From Nemertoderma westbladi (taxonomy: Eukaryota > Animalia > Xenacoelomorpha): 53,806 nt of DNA. This document shows, piece after piece, positions 44,320 to 53,806 of the stretch. A model generated the notes under the pieces. The model was not told the DNA's origin, ran no database searches, and saw only the letters and a list, made by a program, of their open reading frames with translations. Numbering within the stretch: the stretch's first letter is position 1; each line of letters begins with the position of its first letter. Made by a program: the position numbers and the translations under genes. The stretch spans positions 1 through 53,806 of the forward strand of contig JAUCBJ010008970.1 of the NCBI GenBank assembly GCA_032718475.1, in the 5' to 3' direction.

Positions 44320-45130
44320 AATGGATTGTATATGGACCTTACAGATGAGTTGCAAAACCCCAAATTTATATTTATTACATTATTTTGCTACAAATAGAGT
44401 ATTGAATTTAGACTTGAATGATATAGACTTTAATAAACTCCAGTTACCATGGTAACAAGATATTTCTGGAATGTTTTCAGTTTCACTAAAAGTTCCAATT
44501 AGTGGTCCAGATAACACATTCCCAGTTTCGTAAAATTTTATCGCGAAGACTATGTCCAAATGAGTAATTTTTGTATAAAAACATCTGTTTTCAGCGGTTG
44601 TCATGGTAACTGCAAAATAGAACAATCAAATTCGGACGCAGAATAAGTTATATAGTGGGGGTAGGGGTTGGTCCCAAGTCATAACACCATAACCTTAGGC
44701 TTCAAATTAACATTTTATAAATTTTAACATCTGTTTAGCCCGGTTGCCAAGGTAACTGGATTTTCTATTTAACCTCAATCGGCTCTGCTATGGACCTTAT
44801 AGTTGAGTTGAGAAACCCCAAGTTTATATCTATTATAGTTTTCCTACAAATAGAGTTATAAATATTGACTTGAAATACATAGACTTTTTTCTAAGTCCGT
44901 TGCCATGGAAACCAGATTTTTCCTGGATATGAGACCCAGCCCAAAAGATGCGCCTCGACGAGTAGTATATACATGCAAAATTTCAGGGTACTTTTAAAGG
45001 CTAGTTTTTTCTGGAGTCAAAAAAAAACTAATCTGCTCCATACAAGTAAAAGGGCCCACTATGAATAGACCATCTCAGCTAAGGAAAATCTTTCTTAGCG
45101 AAAGTAGTTGATTTTCCTTAGCTTCGTGGA
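44320..45130 (-). mobile_element. Non-autonomous Helitron copy truncated at the LTR boundary
   Basis: Starts mid-repeat directly at the LTR edge; has an intact A|TC terminus at 45130. Confidence 0.85.
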
Positions 45131-45401
45131 TCTGAATTTCGTTGAGAAACAGCTGAGATATCGGCTTTCAAACATTGCAAGAACGATCGTCGATCGAACG
45201 ATCAGAGACTTCTTTAAAACGCCTGTAAAAAAAATTTAAAGGCAAAATCTAAAATTTTGGCTTCAGGTGGTCAACCACGGTAAGTTGAACTAGTTGTGTT
45301 TCAAATTTCAAGCAATATGATAAAGATTTGTAGAAAATCTGGGGGGGGGGGGGGGGGTCCGTGTCATCAGAAAATGACACTATATTACGGGTCATGGTGT
45401 A

Positions 45402-46654
45402 CTAGAAAGGCATTTCCTAAAGGAAATGCAACCACGAAGCTAAGGAAAATTAAACACTCTTTGACTCATCAGTTCATTGATTTACCGAGTTAAAAGAACT
45501 CCCGGTATTGCCAAGGTAACTGGACTTTTCTGGAAATGCTGAGTTTTACATTACGATCTAGTTTGTGGTTCCAGGTGATACATCGACTTCAAGGAAGCTT
45601 CATTGAGTAGTTTATGTGCAAAATTAATTATTAATTTGTTAAAAAGTCTGTTTGCAGTGGTTGTCAAGGTAACTGGCAAATAGAACAACGTAGATTGGAT
45701 GCAGAATAAGTGATATTATGGTGGTAGGGGTGGGTCCCAAGTCATAATGTCTTTAACTTGTGTTTCTAATTATAATTTTTTAAATTATAACATCTGTTTA
45801 GCCTGGTTACCAAGGTAACTGGATTTTCTAATTAACCACAATTGGCTCCTCTAAGGACCTTCCTTATAGTTGAGTTGGGAGACCCAATATTTATATCTAA
45901 TACAGTTTTCCTACAAACAATTGTTAAAAATATAGACTTGAATGATATTGACTTTAATAAGCTCCAGTTACCATGGTAACTAGATATTTCTGGAATGTTT
46001 TGAGTTTCACTAAAAGTTCCAACTAGTGGTCCAGATAACACATACCCAGTTTTGTAAAATTTTATCGTGAAGTCTATGTCCAAATGAATAATTGTTGTAT
46101 AAAAACATCTGTTTTCAGCGGTTGTCATGGTAACTGCAAAATAGAACAATCAAATTCGGACGCAGAATAAGTTATATAGTGGGGGTAGGGATTGGTCCCA
46201 AGTCATCACACCTTAACCTTAGGCTTCAAATTAACATTTTAAAAATTTTAACATCTGTTTAGCCCGGTTGCCTAGGTAACTGGATTTTCTATTTAACCTC
46301 AATCGGCTCTGCTATGGACCTTATAGTTGTGTTGAGAAACCCCAAGTTTATATGTATTATAGTTTTCCTACAAATAGAGTTACAAATATTGACTTGAAAT
46401 ACATAGACTTTTTTCTAAGTCCGTTGCCATGGAAACCAGATTTTTCCTGGATATGAGACCCATCCCACACGACGCGCCTTGATGAGTTGTATATACATGC
46501 AAAATTTCAGGATACTTTTAAAGGCTAGATTTTTCTGGAGTCAAAAAACACTAAATCTGCCCCATACAAGTAAAACAGCCCACTATGAATAGACCATCTC
46601 AGCTAAGGAAAATCTTTCTTAGCGAAAGTAGTTGATTTTCCTTAGCTTCGTGGA
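45402..46654 (-). mobile_element. Non-autonomous Helitron, complete copy
   Basis: On the - strand: 5' TCCACGAAGC... to hairpin GCATTTCCTTTAGGAAATGC then CTTTCTAG|T 3'; internal subrepeats of about 425 bp. Confidence 0.85.
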
Positions 46655-47194
46655 CAAAGCAAATTTCAATTAGTCATTAGCCACATATATCCAGACTTAA
46701 ACGTCGCTATAATAAATAACTATACACATATATGTTATATAAACATACCTTTACAACGGGTATCTTATATTCATTGTCTTATACCTTATATCCATTGTTG
46801 TCTTATCTTAGGCCGCGTTTGTTAGATTACTTATTTTGCTAAATTTAAGTTCAAAACACCATTTTTATTGATAAAGTTGGTTGCGTCATAATATCGATGT
46901 TTTTTTATCCGGTTTTATGCATTATCAAAGGTTTCATGCATTATCAAAGGTTTGACGCCATCTAGTGCCATTATCTGCATATCCAACTTGTATTATTGCC
47001 TTATTGGCTATGCTCCTTACGGATAAGCTGTATATAAATACAATTAGTTCTGTGGTTTATTCACTCTTTTCTTGTTATTGTTTAACAGAAGAAGTCACAT
47101 TGCCCATGCAGAGGCATTGATCTCCGGTCAGGTTTTAATGACTGGTGATTATTACAGATCTAAAGTCATAGTGTTAATATTTGAATTATAATTA

Positions 47195-48461
47195 CTAGAA
47201 AGGCATTTCCTAAAGGAAATGCAACCACGAAGCTAAGGAAAATTAAACAAAGGGCCACAATTTGGTTTGTTGCTTAGCCTAGTTTAGTAGCATTTGCCAA
47301 TAAATAACTTATATTCCCATGGAAACTAGAATTCTCTGGAACTGTTGGTTTTACCTTTGAAAAAAGATTCAGTCCAGATTGTGGTTCAGATAATACATAT
47401 ACCGAGTTTCAGAAAATATTGTAGTTTATGTCCAAATTACCGATTTTCTATCAAAATGCATCTGTTTGCAGTGGTTTTCATGGAAACTGAAAAATAGAAC
47501 AAAGTAATTCGGATGCAGAATAAGTCATATAGTGGGGGTAGGTGTTGGTCCCAAGTCATAATACTATTAACTTGTGCTTCAAATTATCATTTTATAAATT
47601 TTAACATCTGTTTAGACTTGTTGCTATGGTAACTGTATTTTCTAATTAACCTCAAACGGCTTGGATATGGATCTTATAGATGAGTTGCAAAACCCCAAGT
47701 TTATATATATTACAGTTTTGCTACAAATAGAGTTATCAATATAGATTTGAATGATATAGAGTTTAATAAACTACAGTTACCATGGTAACTAAATTTCTGG
47801 AATAATTTAAGTTTCACTAAAAGTTCCAACTAGTGGTCCAGATAACACATACCCAGTTTTGTAAAATTTTATCGTAAAGTCTATGTCCAAATGAATAAGT
47901 TTTGAATAAAAACATCTGTTTTCAGCGGTTGTCATGGTAACTGAAAAATAGAACAATGTAATTCGGATGCAGAATAAGTTATATAGTGGGGGTAGGGGTT
48001 GGTCCCAAGTCATAACACCTTGCCCTTAGGCCTCAAATTAACATTTTATAAATTTTAACATCTGTTTATCCCGGTTGCCAAGGTAACTGGATTTTCTATT
48101 TAGCCTCAATCGGATCTGCTATGGACCTTATAGTTGTGTTGTGAAACCCCAAGTTTATATCTATTATAGTTTTCCTACAAATAGTGTTATAAATATTGAC
48201 TTGAAATACATAGACTTTTTTTGAAGTCCGTTGCCATGGAAACCAGATTTTTCCTGGATATGAGACCCGGCCCAAAAGATGCGCCTCGTCGAGTACTATA
48301 TACATGCAAAATTTCAGGGTACTTTTAAAGGCTAGTTTTTTCCCCGACCAAAAAAAACCAAATCTGCCTCATACAAGTAAAATAGCCCACTATGAATAGA
48401 CCATCTCAGCTAAGGAAAATCTTTCTTAGCGAAAGTAGTTGATTTTCCTTAGCTTCGTGGA
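47195..48461 (-). mobile_element. Non-autonomous Helitron, complete copy
   Basis: A|TC...hairpin...CTAG|T ends, no TSD. Confidence 0.88.
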
Positions 48462-48473
48462 TTTATCGTTATA

Positions 48474-49738
48474 CTAGAAAGGCATTTCCTAAAGGAAATG
48501 CAACCACGAAGCTAAGGAAAATTAAACAAACGGCCACAATTTGGTTCGTTGCTTAGCCTAGTTTAGTAGCATTTGCCAATAAATAACTTCTATTCCCATG
48601 GAAACTAGAGTTCTCTGGAACTGTTGGTTTTACCTTTGAAAAAAGATTCAGTCCAGATTGTTTTTCAGATAACACATCGAGTTTCAGAAAATATTGTAGT
48701 TTATGTCCAAATTACAGATTTTCTATCAAAATGCATCTGTTTGCAGTGGTTGTCATGGAAACTGAAAAATAGAACAATGTAATTCGGATGCAGAATAAGT
48801 CATATAGTGGGGGTAGGTGTTGGTCCCAAGTCATAATACTATTAAATTGTGCTTCAAATTATCATTTTATTAATTTTAACATCTGTTTACTCTTGTTGCT
48901 ATGGTAAATGGATTTTCTAATTAACTTCGAACGGCTTGTATATGGACCTTATAGATGAGTTGCAAAACCCCAAGTTTATATATATTACAGTTTTTCTCCA
49001 AATAGAGTTATGATTATAGACTTGAATGATATATAACTTTAAAAAAACTACAGTTACCATGGTAACTAGATATTTTTGGAATGTTTTGAGTTTCACTAAA
49101 AGTTCCAACTAGTGGTCCAGATAACACATACCTAGTTTCGTAAAATTTTATCGTGAAGTCTATGTACAAATGAATAATTTTCGTATAAAAACATCTGTTT
49201 TCAGCGGTTGTCAAGGTAACTGCAAAATAGAACAATCAAATTCGGACGCAGAATAAGTTATATAGTGGGGGTAGGGATTGGTCCCAAGTCATCACACCTT
49301 AACCTTAGGCTTCAAATTAACATTTTAAAAATTTTAACATCTGTTTAGCCCGGTTGCCAAGGTAACTGGATTTTCTATTTAACCTCAATCGGCTCTGCTA
49401 TGGACCTTATAGTTGTGTTGAGAAACCCCAAGTTTATATGTATTATAGTTTTCCTACAAATAGAGTTACAAATATTGACTTGAAATACATAGACTTTTCT
49501 AAGTCCGTTGCCATGGAAACCAGATTTTTCCTGGATATGAGACCCGGCCCAAAAGATGCGCCTCGTCGAGTAGTATATACATGCAAAATTTCAGGGTACT
49601 TTTAAAGGCTAGTTTTTTCCGGAATCAAAAAAAAACTAATCTGCCCCATACAAGTAAAATAGCCCACTATGAATAGACCATATCAGCTAAGGAAAATCTT
49701 TCTTAGCGAAAGTAGTTGATTTTCCTTAGCTTCGTGGA
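48474..49738 (-). mobile_element. Non-autonomous Helitron, complete copy, 12 bp from the previous one
   Basis: A|TC...hairpin...CTAG|T ends; spacer TTTATCGTTATA. Confidence 0.88.
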
Positions 49739-50369
49739 TTACGGAATCAAGGAAGTTTTACACGCGCCACAACCAGGTAGGTCGCTATAGCTGACCGTTA
49801 GTGATAATCTGGACAATTGCATCAATTATATGTGTGCCGTCGTACCTCTAACTTAATAAATAAATAATATATGGCGATATTTCAGACCATCATTATAAGC
49901 AAAGCTCTCTTAAATTACATCACGATTGAGAGTTGTCACAAATTGAATACTGTGTAGCGATATCAATATAATTAGACCAGAGACTTGTCACAATACGTTT
50001 CTTCTAAAGGGAAAGACAGTCACCAGACTTGAGTTCTTACATAATTAATTAGTCAGATATTTGCTTATTGTATTGTGTTGCCACACCATCCCGGTACTGT
50101 ATACTAGTGAAATATAATAGATGATCAAATACCGTATTAGACTAAGCGAAATAATAGAGCAAATCAATACATCGAAGGGAAAATGGGGAAATAAACAGAT
50201 ATACTAGAGCGGCGGCCTTCGTTGAAGGTACACTAGCGCCACTCCCGCTCAGTATATCAGACCGGACATTTTGCTTTCAATATTGCATGGTTTATTAAGT
50301 AACAGGAAGAAGTCACAATATATGAAAATTGAGAATGAAAGAACGTCTTTTTTATCAAATGCGCTAACA

Positions 50370-50520
50370 GCGTTCACACTAACGAGTCAAAGTAAAAGTC
50401 AAAAGACAAAATGTAAAACACATGAAATTTATTGTTTTCTAGAATGCCCTTATGTAGGCCTATTATATTAGAGGCATTTTCTTTTGAGTTTGACTTTGAC
50501 TCGGTAGTGTGAACGCGGCC
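50370..50520. mobile_element. Small MITE (PIF/Harbinger-like)
   Basis: Roughly 45-bp imperfect TIRs GCGTTCACACTAACGAGTCAAAGT... / ...ACTTTGACTCGGTAGTGTGAACGC. Confidence 0.7.
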
Positions 50521-51002
50521 TTAAATCCATTGTCTTATTTCTTATATCATCTCCGAAATAGCAATGGAATATACTAATGACAATTTATAGAAGTTTTATG
50601 TTTCTAAGTGAAAATTTCTTTGCAGCACAGCGTTCCACCGCAACGATGCAATGATGTACTTTAAATAATCATTTCTACTTCAAGCTTTTTTAAGTTTAAT
50701 TTCCTAATACAAAAATTGTTCACTTGTATCATGCCTTACAATGTGAAATATTGTTTTAGTAATAAATTAAGCTTTATGTTTGGAAAGATTCTAGAATACA
50801 TATTTTATTTTAATATAACTTTTATGAATTTTTATGTAACATTTAGGAATTTTGAAATAATATTGAAGAGGTTGGATTTAAATTAAATTATGTATATTAT
50901 TTTTTAATATAACTTTTATGAATTTTTATATAACGTTTGAGAATTCTTATATAATTTTAGCTAACGAAAAGTTGTAATCTAAAATTTTTTTCTTGAATTT
51001 AG

Positions 51003-51196
51003 GTAGAAATGCACCTTTGGTGTTTGTCATAAACACAGAATCTTATGAATATGCAGTGGTACCCATCACGGGATTTCATCCGGCATCCGTTTACCTCACT
51101 ATACATGCAGCTGATGCTCTACCAGACTTCAAATCAGCCAAAAGGTTTGAACTATTCGCTGGAACATCTACAGACTTGGGAATATACATGAAACTT
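51003..51196 (+). CDS. Internal exon of a DEG/ENaC/ASIC-family channel (extracellular domain)
   Basis: Acceptor TTTTTTCTTGAATTTAG| and donor |GTGAGT; reads GRNAPLVFVINTESYEY...ASVYLTIHAADALPD...FELFAGTSTDLGI, resembling the family pattern GL.L.LN.EQ.EY...G..V.IH...P...GF.V.PG..T.IG. Confidence 0.65.
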
Positions 51197-52699
51197 GTGA
51201 GTAAATCTTAGGGAGTGTACTCAAAGGAGTAACTTAGCTACTGTTTAGTCATCAGTGGCAATTTAGTGAGCAAGCAATTGTGGCAAGTTATTTAGCATGT
51301 AACTACACCATGTCCTGGAATATAGTGTCGTTATTCAGGTACCCCCCCCCCCCCCCCCAAAAAAAAAAATTGTTTTTCTTCTACAAATCGTAATGAGATT
51401 GCATGAAATTTGAAACAGAGTTAGTTTCACCTCCTGACCACTGACTGGGTGAGCCAGAATTTTTATTTTCGCTTTCATTATATAGCTACAAGCGTTTAAA
51501 AAAGCTGTCTCCGTCAATATTACACCAGTTACACAGCAGTTATTCTCCTACCTTATAGTGATTTGTTGGTACTAGTGGAAAGCTGGCCATGCAAGGATTC
51601 CAAATATATACAAATATTTGAAATTGGTTGGGAAATAGCTAAGTTTTCTATCAGTTTGCATGTTTATTTTTCACTATTCAATATCCACTCTTATATAATT
51701 AATTATGTTATTTTTAAAGCAGTTTAAAATATTTAATCACAATTTCTGTTGTGTTTTTGTTTGTGTGTTTTTACTGCCACTCCATAAGTGCTTTATGCCT
51801 GGTTGGTATCCTTCCTCACTCGTCCTGAGTATATAATATATTCAGTGTAAGTTGTTTATTTTACTTTAGCTGTTAATTTGAGTGTGTTTAATAATAATAC
51901 AGTTATTGGCCTTCGAATGTTGCTTGTATTCTATTTAATAAATACACCATGTTCTAGAACATTTTGTTTATCTCGTTCGTGTGAGTGAATAATACCAAAC
52001 CAATAAAAGAATTGAAGAGTTGAAGTGATAATATTAGTGCGGCCAGATGTTTAGTAGTTATTGGCAATACTTCGGTTTATTTAATGTGACAAAGTTTAGT
52101 GTAGGAGTCATTCTTGAGTGTACTTTTTCTTTAATTAACCCCATTAAACCCACGGGGGGGGGGGGGGGGGGTGGCGGGGGTCAACATCCCCCCCCCCCCG
52201 GTGTTTTTTTTGTTATAACTCTGACACAAAAACTGTTAGGAATGTTATGAATGTTATGTTATGTTAATGTTATGAATTTATGACTTTTCCTAAAACTCTA
52301 TTGTCTTCCTTATAGTAAAAACGGTTTTCAAAAATAATGGGTAGTAGTTATAGCACCATTTTTAACCCTACTGTTGCCACTTTTTTTGTGACGTTTTTTG
52401 AAAATTACATTTCATGAAATATGATTTTTAACATCTCTATTTTCAATCGCTTTTTTTTGGTGTTTGCAATTAGATGGAATTAAAATAATAATTTAGAAAT
52501 TGTAAACTTGCTTTTTTCGACGTGTGAGAAGTTTTGGTGCCAGCACCAAATTTTTAAATGTCGATTTTATAAATTGATTGTTTGAACCTGTTTTTTTTAC
52601 GCAATAGGGTTTTTTTTTGGGTTCTTCTGGTTCCGATGGAATATATACGAGTTGCACCACACTTATCAAACCAACACGAAATTTTGAAAATCCTTACAA

Positions 52700-53340
52700 C
52701 CGAATCTTCTGATTTATGACAGTGCCCTTGGGGTCTACTACATATCCTCGATGGTGCAATCATCTAACAGTAGGTTCCCTGAATTAAACCGGAGGTCTAG
52801 TGTGAAAGGAGGTAGATAATCTCTGTATATTGATTTGGAGACTGACTCCATATCAAAACTTCCCCCCAAGCAGTATTCTGGATATAGAGATATAATTTCG
52901 TCATAGTTATGTCAGCTTGCATAATACATGCGTTGTGTTTGTTTTCGACCATAATGCAATGGCATTATAGGAAACTTTTATATATGCCGTCTTACTATCT
53001 TAATATCTGATGGAGTTGTTTTATTAATTGGTTCATGTTTTCCCCTCATATCTCCACAAGTGACAACACCCTGACCACTTATCTTTTTTTTAACAGTTCT
53101 CAATATTGAATCTTGTGTCTTCTTGAGTCCCAGTGTGGCAAGAAATATTTTTTTACATACAGCGTTATTGTTGTTGTTATCACCATCAGTAACTGTAGTA
53201 TCTCCTATGTTGAGGTAGTATTTGACAGCACCACTTAAGGTAAACTCATCATTATTTTCTAGTTCTTCAGGGTCACTATTCTGGACGAATTGAACAGCTG
53301 CCTTGAGGTTATATTTTTTGTGAGTTCCTTTCTTGGACAT
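52700..53340 (-). pseudogene. Degenerate DNA transposase fragment (Sola1-like)
   Basis: VCKKIFLATLGL...DMRGKHEP.NK...VRRHI, then an in-frame stop, then KFPIMPLHYGRK; resembles the N-terminal half of Sola1-type transposases. No catalytic core is seen. Confidence 0.55.
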
Positions 53341-53806
53341 AATGCGAATAATAGAGTATATAATGGGAGAAGTTATTTACTTGATTGTACTTTTAGACCC
53401 ATATATATATATAATGTTTTATTGACCAATTACGAAGTTTGATAAATTCAATATAGATAATTAACACCAAACGCATTAGTCCAAATTAAACAACTAGTAG
53501 GTAATTAATAGTATCACTTAAATGCAAAAGCTGACTTATTAAATTATAACTTTAGTCTAGTTCACCACTATTTATATGACTGACATAGACACTATCATTA
53601 AGCCACAGAATAATCAATTTCAACAAATATTATTTTAAATTAAGGCTAGCTACATAACATTACACCAAAATATATATTTCAATTAAATCATAAAATTAGT
53701 ACACAGGCGTCTACTATAACCATTATACTAAAAAAGCGAATAATATATAAATTTAAATCAGAGAATTAAAGGCGGGTAGCAGATCTGCGGGTGGTCAAAA
53801 TTGTGT

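Noticed and set aside
47088-47145. Possible small + strand exon between Helitron copies (TTTAACAG|AAGAAG...)
   Set aside because: The acceptor is plausible, but donor and frame are ambiguous and the peptide cannot be tied to the DEG/ENaC gene.
44380-49235. Recurrent short ORFs beginning MFYFAVTMTTAENRCFY
   Set aside because: Translations of the Helitron internal subrepeat with non-ATG starts and inconsistent frames between copies.

Overview
AT-rich, repeat-dense genomic window from a eukaryote, most likely an invertebrate animal; the species cannot be determined from the sequence. Host genes: three single-exon coding regions (ADRM1/Rpn13, a GLUT8/Tret1-like sugar porter, BTF3/NAC-beta), the last two visible coding exons of an SLC16 monocarboxylate transporter (- strand) and one DEG/ENaC-like exon (+ strand). 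The dominant feature is an 18.7-kb BEL/Pao LTR retrotransposon (25623-44319, - strand) with an intact 2720-aa gag-pol ORF. It has two unusual properties. (1) In the env position it carries an intact 1417-aa ORF with a WRN/EXD-like DEDDy 3'-5' exonuclease signature and CCHC zinc knuckles, not an envelope protein. (2) It has no tRNA-type TGG primer-binding site; the 13 nt abutting the 5' LTR are instead perfectly complementary to a segment inside its own LTR, the geometry of Tf1-type self-priming. Its non-coding regions contain strand-specific RNA hairpins, one duplicated with compensatory changes. A related solo LTR with a perfect 5-bp TSD sits just upstream of ADRM1. The remainder is decayed LINEs (CR1/L2-like, RTE, RTEX/Proto2-like), MITEs, minisatellites and a cluster of non-autonomous Helitrons combining canonical TC...CTAG ends with Helentron/DINE-like subterminal inverted repeats. 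All family assignments come from motif recognition by eye; no searches were run.
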